A stretch of DNA of 16,851 nucleotides from Gemmatimonadota bacterium (GCA_039591655.1 JBDHDE010000055.1:1-16851); one strand, 5' to 3'; shown: positions 8,278-16,412, numbered from the stretch's first letter. The notes: a model not told the origin generated them from the letters alone. Made by a program: numbers and translations.

Positions 8278-10379
8278 ACTACCGCCTCCGGCACCGCGTC
8301 CTCCAGTGCCTGCGCCAGCCGCTCTCGCACGACCCGCGGATCGAGCCGCCCCAGGAATCCCGGCATGACCGCCCCCATTGCCCAGCGCAGCACACCGTCC
8401 CGATCGGTGGTGGAGAGCGACTGCGCCTCCACGACCACGTCGGTGAGCCGTCGGGTAAGGGTGTCCTCGTCCTCGGCACGACGCCGGTGTGGGGCGAGGA
8501 TCTCTGCCACGGAGGCGTCGGGACGCTCGATCAGCCGATCGAGCAGCCGATCCAGCGCCTCGGGCCGGATCTCGCCCCCTTCGATAGCCCGGATCGCCGG
8601 GGCGAGCCGCGCCGGGTCGGGCATGGACGCGGGATCGGGCGTGAGCCGCCCTTGGCGCCGGTGGAACGGCAGCCGCTTCCGGAGCGCGTTGGCTACGCGA
8701 CGGGCGACGTCACCGGGCTTTGGCTCGAGCGCGTCGAACAGGTCGGCCCACGCGGCACGGGCCAGACAGCGCGCGGCTGTGTGGGCCAGCCCCATTCCCT
8801 CGTAGCGCGCTTCCCGTGCCCAGGGCGTCTCGGACAGCCGGTCGCGCACTTCCGCGACCACCGTATCGGCGATCGGTAGCGGTGGCGTGTCCGTATCGGG
8901 ATACATCCGGTCCGGCCCCGGCAGGATCCGCTCGAAGCCGTTGGTCCCGTCGTCGAACGCCTGGCGGGTCTCGGATGGCACGCCGGCGAGTGCGTCCTGC
9001 CCCCGAATCAGCACCTCGCGGGCGGCCGTAGCCGCGTCCATCTCCTGGCCCCACACCACGACCACCACGTCGCCGCGCTCGGCCTTGAGTTGCTTCCTGA
9101 GGTCGCGCCACTCCCGGGGGTCGAGCCCGTAATCGGTGATGTCAGAGTGGATCATGAACGGCCGGTGCTCCGGGCACGCGATCACCCGCACCCGGTCGGC
9201 GATCTCCCGCGCGAAGGTCACCCCCGGCTGGGTGCGGTGGGCCAGCAGCCCCCCGAAACCGGGCAGCCGCACCGCCGCGATGGTCTCACCCCGCTCCAGC
9301 GCGTCGCGGATGGGTTGGAAGTCGGAGTGGGCCAGCGCCGGGCCAGCGTCCGCGACCTTCGGTGAGACGTCCCAGGGAAGTCCCACGTCGGGGACTGCCA
9401 GCATGCTCGCCGTCACTCCGCGCCGCTCGAGCTCCGCCTTCACGCGCAACAGGTTGAGCTGGCGGAACGCCTCGGTATGAACCAAGAGCGGCAGAAACTT
9501 GTGGTTGTCCACCCCCTTGAGCTCCACGCGGCGGCCGCCGGCCACCGAAACGTTCGTGTCCTGCCGTGCCGCGCCGGGGCCACGACGCACCTTCCCCGTC
9601 GCCCGGGCGATCGCCGCCAGCAGCCGCGCTCCGGCCTGGAGCTCCCAGGGGGTGAGCAGGTCAGGCTCGGTCACCGTCTCGGTGAGGGGCATCCCCAGGC
9701 GGTCGGTCTTGAACGTGATGCGGTGCCCGATGTCGGTCACCTCGCGGCAGGCGTCCTCCTCCAGGGAGAGCTGCCGGATCCTGAGCTCCCGGTCGACCCC
9801 CAGCTCGGGGACCTTGAAGGGGATGACCCCCGTGAGCCCCACCATGGCCGTGCGCTGGAATCCCGTGGGGATCGAGCCGTCCAGGTACTGCTTGCGCATC
9901 ACGTGGAGCTCGGAGACCAGGTTGAGGTTACACAGCTGCGCGATCTCGATGGCCCCGCGGATGGCCTCCTCGTCGACCTCGAACGGCGGCGTGTCGTCCA
10001 TCTCGTAGGTGCACACCGTGCCCCGCTCCAGCCGGTACACGATCTCCTTCTTGGTCTTGAACTCCATGAGCGCGGTGCCGTCGTACTCCCCCAGCTCGCT
10101 CAGGGTGGGCCGCATGTGTCGCAGCACCTCGGCGTCGTACGTGGTGACCCGGTGCCCCGCGGGGCAGCGGCAGAACAGCTTCGAGCTGGTGAGGAGTTGC
10201 TGGTGGACCTCGAGACCGGACATGAACCCAACGGCCTCGTAGTCACCGGGCGTCATGTCGCCGAGGTCCTTGTCCCGGAAGTCCAGCGCCGGCTCCCGGC
10301 GGGGGTTCAGGTCGGCCGGGGGCCTGGGGCCGGCGGGCGGCTGCTCACCGGCGGCTGGCTCGTTTCGGTCGTTGCTCAT
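8274..10379 (-). CDS. gatE: Glu-tRNA(Gln) amidotransferase subunit E
   Basis: Motifs GLEVHQQL, KLFCRCP, MRPTLSELGEYD, MRKQYLDGSIPTGFQRT, LEEDACR, DRLGMPLTE, KVRRGPGAARQDTNVSV and VELKGV. It has an AspRS-like insertion domain (LPGFGGLL...IHSD), then VPSETR, LPGPDRMYPDTDTPP and a YqeY-like tail (MGAVM...GRLDP). These features identify GatE rather than GatB. Confidence 0.96.
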   Translation of the reverse strand: MSNDRNEPAAGEQPPAGPRPPADLNPRREPALDFRDKDLGDMTPGDYEAVGFMSGLEVHQQLLTSSKLFCRCPAGHRVTTYDAEVLRHMRPTLSELGEYDGTALMEFKTKKEIVYRLERGTVCTYEMDDTPPFEVDEEAIRGAIEIAQLCNLNLVSELHVMRKQYLDGSIPTGFQRTAMVGLTGVIPFKVPELGVDRELRIRQLSLEEDACREVTDIGHRITFKTDRLGMPLTETVTEPDLLTPWELQAGARLLAAIARATGKVRRGPGAARQDTNVSVAGGRRVELKGVDNHKFLPLLVHTEAFRQLNLLRVKAELERRGVTASMLAVPDVGLPWDVSPKVADAGPALAHSDFQPIRDALERGETIAAVRLPGFGGLLAHRTQPGVTFAREIADRVRVIACPEHRPFMIHSDITDYGLDPREWRDLRKQLKAERGDVVVVVWGQEMDAATAAREVLIRGQDALAGVPSETRQAFDDGTNGFERILPGPDRMYPDTDTPPLPIADTVVAEVRDRLSETPWAREARYEGMGLAHTAARCLARAAWADLFDALEPKPGDVARRVANALRKRLPFHRRQGRLTPDPASMPDPARLAPAIRAIEGGEIRPEALDRLLDRLIERPDASVAEILAPHRRRAEDEDTLTRRLTDVVVEAQSLSTTDRDGVLRWAMGAVMPGFLGRLDPRVVRERLAQALEDAVPEAVV

Positions 10380-10528
10380 GGGGCGTGAAAGATATCGTCA
10401 CAACGGCGCAGCGGCAGGCCGTGACACGGGTTGACCATCAAGGCACAGCTGACGAGGTTTCCCGGCTTGATCGCAGGTGCGAGAACAGACCGGAGTGTCT
10501 TCATCACCACGCGAGAGGAGTAATCACC

Positions 10529-12088
10529 GTGAGGATCCCTAGTCTCCTGATCCGCCTTGGCGCCTCGGCGCTTGCGGTTGGAGTCGTAACGCTCGCCACC
10601 GCTGCACCAGCGGCCGCGCAAGACCGCCCCAACATCCTGGTCATCTGGGGTGACGACATAGGCTGGTTCAACATCAGCGCCTACAACATGGGCATGATGA
10701 GCTATGAGACGCCCAACATCGACCGCATCGGCCGCGAAGGAATGCTGTTCACCGACTTCTACGGACAGCAGAGCTGCACTGCGGGCAGAGCCGCCTTCGT
10801 GACGGGCCAGAGCCCGGTCCGTACCGGCCTGACCAAGGTCGGCATGCCCGGCGCCACGCTGGGCCATCAGCCCGAGGACGTGGGCATCGCCGAGCTGCTA
10901 AAGAACCACGGGTACCGAACCGGCCAGTTCGGCAAGAACCACCTGGGCGACCTGGACGAGTTCCTGCCCACGAACCACGGCTTCGACGAGTTCTTCGGCA
11001 ACCTCTACCATCTGAACGCCGAGGAGGAGCCGGAGGACCCCGACTATCCCCACCACATGCCCGAGTTTGTCGAGCAGTTCGGTCCCCGTGGCGTGATCCA
11101 CAGCTACGCGGACGGGCGGATCGAGGACACTGGCCCACTGACCAAGGAACGGATGAAGGTCGTGGACGAGGAGACGCTGGAGGCGGCGCTGGATTTCATC
11201 GAGCAGGCACACGCCGCCGGGGAGCCCTTCTTCGTGTGGTGGAACTCCACCCGGATGCACATCTGGACGCACCTGAAGGACGAGTCGGTGGGTGTCACGG
11301 GCCAGGGGATCTATGCCGACGGCATGGCGGAGCACGACGGCCACGTGGGCATACTGCTCGACAAGCTCGACGAGCTCGGCATCACCGACAACACCATCGT
11401 GATGTACTCGACCGACAACGGCGCGGAGACGTTCAGCTGGCCCGACGGTGGCACCGTCCCCTTCCGGGGCGAGAAGAACACCAACTGGGAGGGCGGCTAT
11501 CGGGTCCCCTCCATGATCAGATGGCCCGGGCACATTCCGGCCGGTGTGATCTCCAACGAGATCATGTCCCACGAAGACTGGGTCCCCACTCTCATGGCTG
11601 TCGTGGGAGAGCCCGACATCAAGGAGAAGCTCCTTGCCGGACATCGCGCCAACGGCAGGACGTTCCGTAACCACCTGGACGGGTACAACTTCCTGCCGTA
11701 CCTGACCGGGCAGGTTGATGAGGGTCCGCGGCGGGAGTTCTACTACTGGACCGACGACGGCGCGATGGCCGGCGTGCGATACAACGACTGGAAGGTCGTG
11801 TTCATGGAGCAGCGCTCGCACGGCTTCGACGTTTGGCAGGACCCCTTCGTGTCGCTCCGCCTGCCCAAACTCTTCAACTTGCGGCAGGATCCTTTCGAGC
11901 GTGCTGACCACGAGGGTATCGGCTACCCACGCTGGAGGGTGGAGAAGCTCTTCATGATGTACGGCGCGAGCGCGCTCGTAGCGCGGTTTGTCCAGTCGTT
12001 CGAGCAGTTCCCGCCGCGCCAGCGCCCCGCGAGCTTCTCGGTGGATCAGATCATGGAGAAATTCACGAAGGCGCACGGAGGGGGCTGA
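10529..12088 (+). CDS. Secreted arylsulfatase (formylglycine-dependent, Cys-type)
   Basis: GAGGAG SD at 10515-10520 before GTG 10529. Signal peptide ending APAAA/Q. Motifs RPNILVIWGDDIG, TPNIDRIG, CTAGRAAFVTG, GYRTGQFGKNHLG, HGFDEFFG, STDNG, GEKNTNWEGGYRVP and FNLRQDPFE. Confidence 0.95.
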   Translation: MRIPSLLIRLGASALAVGVVTLATAAPAAAQDRPNILVIWGDDIGWFNISAYNMGMMSYETPNIDRIGREGMLFTDFYGQQSCTAGRAAFVTGQSPVRTGLTKVGMPGATLGHQPEDVGIAELLKNHGYRTGQFGKNHLGDLDEFLPTNHGFDEFFGNLYHLNAEEEPEDPDYPHHMPEFVEQFGPRGVIHSYADGRIEDTGPLTKERMKVVDEETLEAALDFIEQAHAAGEPFFVWWNSTRMHIWTHLKDESVGVTGQGIYADGMAEHDGHVGILLDKLDELGITDNTIVMYSTDNGAETFSWPDGGTVPFRGEKNTNWEGGYRVPSMIRWPGHIPAGVISNEIMSHEDWVPTLMAVVGEPDIKEKLLAGHRANGRTFRNHLDGYNFLPYLTGQVDEGPRREFYYWTDDGAMAGVRYNDWKVVFMEQRSHGFDVWQDPFVSLRLPKLFNLRQDPFERADHEGIGYPRWRVEKLFMMYGASALVARFVQSFEQFPPRQRPASFSVDQIMEKFTKAHGGG

Positions 12089-12105
12089 GGCCTGCGTTCG
12101 ACAGT

Positions 12106-12131
12106 GGCGGGACCGCACTCGCGGTCCCGCC
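12106..12131. other. Intergenic GC-rich hairpin (11-bp perfect stem) between sulfatase and HAD genes
   Basis: GGCGGGACCGC-actc-GCGGTCCCGCC, 17 nt after the sulfatase stop. There is no U-tract, so it may be an mRNA-stabilising stem or a weak terminator. Confidence 0.6.
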
Positions 12132-12177
12132 GCAGCATCATCCGGCAGCGACTACCAGGCACCAGACAGGTGATCGT

Positions 12178-13173
12178 ATGACTAAGGCAACCACCGCCAT
12201 CGCGATGACACTGGCGTTGGCCGGGCCAATGGTCTCGGCCTGCGGCGGCCCGAGCGACCCCCTACCCTCCTGGGCCGATGGGCCTGCGAAGCAGTCCATC
12301 ACGGATTTCGTGGACCGCGTCACGGATCCGGCGAGCCCCGACTTCGTACCAGAGCCCGAGCGCATCGCCGTGTTCGACAACGACGGCACGCTCTGGGGCG
12401 AGCAGCCGCTCTACTTCCAGCTCCTATTCGCGCTGGACCGGGTACGGGCCCTGGCCGATGAGCGCCCCGAGTGGCGGGGACGTCAGCCGTTCCAGGCGAT
12501 TCTGGACGACGACCAGAGTGCCCTCAGGCAACTGTCGCTGCACGATGTGGTGCAGGTCGTGATGGCGACGCACGCCGGTATTACCACCAACGAGTTTGCG
12601 GGCCATGTCGCGGATTGGCTGGACGCCGCGCGACACCCACGGTTCGGCCAGCCGTTCCATCACATGACCTACCAGCCGATGCTGGAGCTGCTCGACTACA
12701 TGCGGGCCAACGGGTTCAAGACGTTCATCGTGTCGGGGGGCGGCATGGACTTCATCCGGGTGTTCGCCGAGGAGGTCTACGGCATTCCCCCCGAGCAGGT
12801 CGTCGGGTCGATGGGGCAGACAGCGTTCGAGGTGTGGGACCAGGGGCCCGTACTCGTGAAGCGGCCCGGCATCGACTTCGTGGACGACAAGGAGGGAAAG
12901 CCGGTCGGCATCCACCGCTTCATCGGGCGGCGGCCCATCGCCGCGTTCGGCAACTCGGACGGCGACCTGGCGATGCTGCAGTACACCGCCGCCGGTGAGG
13001 GCCCAAGCCTGATGGTCCTGGTGCACCACGATGACGCCGAGCGCGAGTGGGCCTACGACCGGGAGTCGCATGTGGGGCGCCTCGACGCAGCCCTGGACGA
13101 GGCGCGGCAGCGTGGCTGGACAGTGATCTCGATAAAGACCGACTGGAACCGGGTTTTCGCGTTCGATCAATGA
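12178..13173 (+). CDS. HAD-superfamily hydrolase (nonspecific acid phosphatase-like), probable lipoprotein
   Basis: Lipobox-like MVSAC; HAD motif I FDNDGTLW; motif II IVSGGG; motif III GKP; motif IV FGNSDGD; C-terminal HHDDAEREWAYD and ISIKTDW. Confidence 0.9.
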   Translation: MTKATTAIAMTLALAGPMVSACGGPSDPLPSWADGPAKQSITDFVDRVTDPASPDFVPEPERIAVFDNDGTLWGEQPLYFQLLFALDRVRALADERPEWRGRQPFQAILDDDQSALRQLSLHDVVQVVMATHAGITTNEFAGHVADWLDAARHPRFGQPFHHMTYQPMLELLDYMRANGFKTFIVSGGGMDFIRVFAEEVYGIPPEQVVGSMGQTAFEVWDQGPVLVKRPGIDFVDDKEGKPVGIHRFIGRRPIAAFGNSDGDLAMLQYTAAGEGPSLMVLVHHDDAEREWAYDRESHVGRLDAALDEARQRGWTVISIKTDWNRVFAFDQ

Positions 13174-13396
13174 GCTGCGGGGCCACCGAGTCATTGCCGT
13201 CGCCTTCTTCAAGTTGGGCACACGGCTGGCGCGGCTCACGGCACCGATTCTGTAGGGCATTCGCGCCAATATCGCCGAACAACTTGCCAGCGCCCGAGAA
13301 CGCTCCGTAGAGCGGCGTTTCGGTCCGGACCACGCCCCTCGTCGCTGCCACAATCCCCCGGATGACCCTCAGGCCGAGAACACACCCGATATGGGG

Positions 13397-13430
13397 TTGT
13401 GATATGACTAGTTATGACTATTATATGACC
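13397..13430 (+). promoter_or_regulatory. Putative TA promoter with overlapping operator repeats
   Basis: TTGTGA (13397-13402), a 16-nt spacer, then TATTAT (13419-13424). TATGAC occurs at 13403, 13413 and 13424. This is an AT-rich patch in otherwise GC-rich DNA. Confidence 0.6.
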
Positions 13431-13688
13431 ATGACGAAAGTCAGGATTGCGGAACTCAAGGCGAGGCTCAGCGAGTACCTGCGACGGGTTCGGCGGGGGC
13501 ACACTATCACCGTGCTGGATCGGGAAACGCCGGTCGCCCGCGTCGTTCCCTACACCGAGCCAGAGCCGCTCGGCGTGCGCGATCCTCTGGGACGACGGCG
13601 ACTTCAACAGGTACCGCTCCCACCACCCCTCAAACTGGACGTCGACGTCGTGGAGTTGCTCCTCGAGGAGCGGCAGGCCGAGAGGTGA
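13431..13688 (+). CDS. Type II antitoxin, Phd/YefM family (VapB partner)
   Basis: MTKVRIAELKARLSEYLRRVRRGHTITVLDRETPVARVVP is a typical Phd/YefM N-terminus, and the C-terminus is LLLEER. ATG 13425 and 13404 are alternative starts. Confidence 0.9.
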   Translation: MTKVRIAELKARLSEYLRRVRRGHTITVLDRETPVARVVPYTEPEPLGVRDPLGRRRLQQVPLPPPLKLDVDVVELLLEERQAER

Positions 13689-14101
13689 TCGCCTACCTCG
13701 ATTCGTCGGTGCTGCTGCGCATGGTGTTGGGCCAGCCACGCCGGCTGAAGGAGTGGTCGCGCATCAAGAGCGCGGTGTCGAGCGCCGTAGCCGAGGTCGA
13801 GTGCCTGCGAACCCTGGACCGACTTCGCCTGCGGGACGCCATTTCGGTTGAGGAACTCGCCCTGCGTCGAGAGGCCGTCTATCGCCTGACCGAGGAGATC
13901 GCCGTGGTAGAGCCAACGAGGACGGTGCTGCAGCGGGCTTCCCAACCACTCCCGACACCACTGGGCACCCTCGACGCGATCCACCTGTCCACCGCGATGC
14001 TCTGGCGCGAGACGAGGGCCCGGGATCTAGTGATGGCTACACACGACCAGGCGCTGGCGATTGCAGCTCGGGCCGTGGGCATTCCGGTGGTCGGCGCATG
14101 A
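13685..14101 (+). CDS. vapC: Type II toxin, VapC/PIN-domain ribonuclease
   Basis: PIN acidic residues in YLDSS, AEVE, TLDAIHLSTA and ATHD. The GTG start overlaps the antitoxin TGA. Confidence 0.92.
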   Translation: MIAYLDSSVLLRMVLGQPRRLKEWSRIKSAVSSAVAEVECLRTLDRLRLRDAISVEELALRREAVYRLTEEIAVVEPTRTVLQRASQPLPTPLGTLDAIHLSTAMLWRETRARDLVMATHDQALAIAARAVGIPVVGA

Positions 14102-14114
14102 AGCGCAGCTGAAT

Positions 14115-16412
14115 CTACTGCCTGCCCCGCCCCGCCAACTCCCCCTCCACGTACTCCTTCACCTGCCGCCCAATGGGGTTGTCGGGATGCAGCGCGATCA
14201 TGCGGTCGGCTAGCGTGAGCGCGCGGCGCAGCTCACCGCGCTTCACGTAGTGGTCGGCGAGGGCGAAGAGGAAGTCGATGTTCTCGGGCTCGACGTCGAG
14301 CGCCCGGCGCAGAGCGGCTTCCGCCTCCCGCATGCGCCCCGCCGACTGCAGCGCCAGTCCGTAGTTGTAGTGCACCCGGGCACGTTGCGGCATGCCTTCA
14401 GAAGCGCGTCCCAGGTAGTCGACCGCCTCGTCCAGGCGGTTCAACTCCGCCAGCAGCAGACCCAACGAATACGCTGCTTCGTATTGCTCGGGATACTCCG
14501 CTACGATCTCCCGGAGGAGCTGCTCGGCCTCCTCGTTCCGCCCCTGCGAGTTGAGCAGCACGGCGAGGTTCGCCTTGGCCGGGTAGAACAGATCGTCGAT
14601 CTCCACCGCCGCTCGGTAGTAGCGCTCCGCGCGCTCGGCGTCGCCCAGCCGTGTGTACAGGTTCCCCAGGTTGTGCCCCGCGAACGAGAAGTCGAGGGAG
14701 TACGCCATAGTGCGCTCGTACTCCGCGAGTGCCGCCGCGAGCTGCTCCTGCTGGTACACCTGGAGCATGCTGGGCGGCGCGTCGGCCAGGCGGGCGGCGG
14801 CCTCGATGCGCACCGCCTTCACCGGATCGAACAGCAGCGGCGAGACCAGCTCGACGTACCGCTCAGGTGTGGCCGCGCTCGCAGATGAGAGCGCAGTGTA
14901 GCGGATCAGTGCATCCTCGTCCTGCAGCGCCTGGTTGAATGCCTCGGTGCTCTCCTCGCCGGGGTAGCCGCTCAGGTAATCAAGGGCCGTGGCGCGGACG
15001 AGGGCCGGGTGCAGTGGGTCGCCCGCCATCCTGATCAGTTGATCCCGAGCCTCCAGCTGCCCCTGACGCGCCGCCGCGAACACCTGACCGTAGTGCGGTG
15101 TCCGCGCTTCGCCGTACCACTGGCGGTAGTAGCGCAGCGACCAGGCCAGCGGCTGGTCGTCGTGGCAGCCGCTCGCGGTGCAGGCGTTCGGCACGCCGAT
15201 CTCCTGCGACAGGTCCGGCCGCGGTAGCCGCATGCTGTGGTCGGCGCGCCAGTCCACCACCATGTACGGCTGCTCGACCATGTGGCACTTCACGCACAGG
15301 GCGCCGTCGCTGGGCTCGCCCTGATAAACCTTCTGGTGGAAATGGTGGTCGTAGCTGTCGTAGGTGTCGGCCCGGTGGCACTGCGTGCAGAGCGCGTTCC
15401 CCTCCTCGACGAGCTGCATGCTGTGCATGTCATGGCAGTCGCTGCAGCGCACGCCGTTCTTGTACATCTTGCTCTGCACGAACGACCCCCAGACGTAGAC
15501 CTCGTCGAGGATCTGCCCGTCGGCGTGGTACAGCCCCTCCCGCAACACGGCCGGCAGGACGTTGTCGAGCAGCCCGGGGCTGCGGTGGTCGTAGTCTCCC
15601 AGCTCGGTGCGCCGGGCGTGGCACGGGGCGCACAGCGCCACCTGCTCCGCATTGGTGACATCGGCCGTGGGGACCACGAGGTCGTAGTGCTCGACCTGCG
15701 GCCGGGCCATGGGCGGCAGCTCGGCCCACGCCACGTGGCGCGACCCCGGACCATGGCACGCCTCGCAGCTCACGTCGATCTCGGACCAGGTGGTGCTGAA
15801 GCTCCGCGACTCGGCGTCGTAGCCCTTGATCAGGTTGGTGGAGTGGCACTCGGCGCACATGCCGTTCCAGTTCTGGGCGCCGCGGGTCCAGTGCAGCCAG
15901 TCGTCGGGGGGGATATCCTGGCCGGGATAGAGGAAGAACCACTCCTCCCGCTCGGTATCCCACGCGACGGACAGCGCCTGCAACCGCCCACCCGGAAACG
16001 GAATCAGATACTGCTGCAGTGGCTCCCAGCCGAACGTGTGGGTGATCTCGTACTCCGCGCCTGCGCCGTCGGGGCCCTCGGCCCAGACGTAGTACTTGCC
16101 GTCCCGGCGGTAGAACCGCGTGGTGTCGCCGCGGTACACGAACACCGCATCGTCGAAGTCGCCCCGCACGGTGCTGTCGCTGGCCACCGTCATGGCGCGG
16201 TCGTGATCAGAGCCCTGCCAGGCTTCGTAGGCCGCCTCATGGCACGATATGCACTGCTCCCGGCCCACGAAGGTGGCCGGTTCCTCGACGACCGGTCCCC
16301 GCTCCGTCGCCAGCAACCGCTCCTTCACCAGATAGAGCGGCAGCGACAGCACGATCACCGCCGTGGCGACCACGCCGGCGGTGACCCAGCGGTCCAGGCC
16401 CTGGTCGCTCAC
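14115..16412 (-). CDS. Membrane-anchored multiheme c-type cytochrome with HEAT-like and TPR repeats
   Basis: N-terminal TM helix. Seven CxxCH motifs (CISCH, CAECH, CEACH, CAPCH, CSDCH, CTQCH, CVKCH) plus one CTASGCH. HEAT-like repeats (LVRATAL, LIRYTAL, AVRIEAA) and about five TPRs (NLGNLY, NLAVLL, SLGLLL, NYGLAL, ALADHY). The GTG start overlaps the Rieske TGA. Confidence 0.92.
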   Translation of the reverse strand: MSDQGLDRWVTAGVVATAVIVLSLPLYLVKERLLATERGPVVEEPATFVGREQCISCHEAAYEAWQGSDHDRAMTVASDSTVRGDFDDAVFVYRGDTTRFYRRDGKYYVWAEGPDGAGAEYEITHTFGWEPLQQYLIPFPGGRLQALSVAWDTEREEWFFLYPGQDIPPDDWLHWTRGAQNWNGMCAECHSTNLIKGYDAESRSFSTTWSEIDVSCEACHGPGSRHVAWAELPPMARPQVEHYDLVVPTADVTNAEQVALCAPCHARRTELGDYDHRSPGLLDNVLPAVLREGLYHADGQILDEVYVWGSFVQSKMYKNGVRCSDCHDMHSMQLVEEGNALCTQCHRADTYDSYDHHFHQKVYQGEPSDGALCVKCHMVEQPYMVVDWRADHSMRLPRPDLSQEIGVPNACTASGCHDDQPLAWSLRYYRQWYGEARTPHYGQVFAAARQGQLEARDQLIRMAGDPLHPALVRATALDYLSGYPGEESTEAFNQALQDEDALIRYTALSSASAATPERYVELVSPLLFDPVKAVRIEAAARLADAPPSMLQVYQQEQLAAALAEYERTMAYSLDFSFAGHNLGNLYTRLGDAERAERYYRAAVEIDDLFYPAKANLAVLLNSQGRNEEAEQLLREIVAEYPEQYEAAYSLGLLLAELNRLDEAVDYLGRASEGMPQRARVHYNYGLALQSAGRMREAEAALRRALDVEPENIDFLFALADHYVKRGELRRALTLADRMIALHPDNPIGRQVKEYVEGELAGRGRQ

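Noticed and set aside
6955..8805. 616-aa plus-strand ORF
   Set aside because: It is an antisense shadow of gatD and gatE. It has no recognisable motifs, and long stop-free antisense frames are expected in high-GC coding DNA.
6886..10379. Reading these genes as ordinary bacterial gatB plus L-asparaginase
   Set aside because: The GatD N-terminal domain, SRLDYRTGAV, the GatE-specific RPTLSELGE and DGS.PTGFQRT motifs and the insertion domain all indicate GatDE.
10385..10528. 48-aa N-terminal extension of the sulfatase in the ORF track
   Set aside because: The SD and signal peptide point to GTG 10529, and the extension would fill the whole divergent promoter region.
10898..13353. 406-aa and 309-aa minus-strand ORFs
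   Set aside because: They are antisense to the well-supported sulfatase and HAD genes and have shadow-frame composition.
13174..13396. Possible ncRNA or IS remnant upstream of the TA module
   Set aside because: Only a weak CGCTC/GAGCG stem near 13301-13314 is visible. I found no terminal inverted repeats, tRNA fold or recognisable family.
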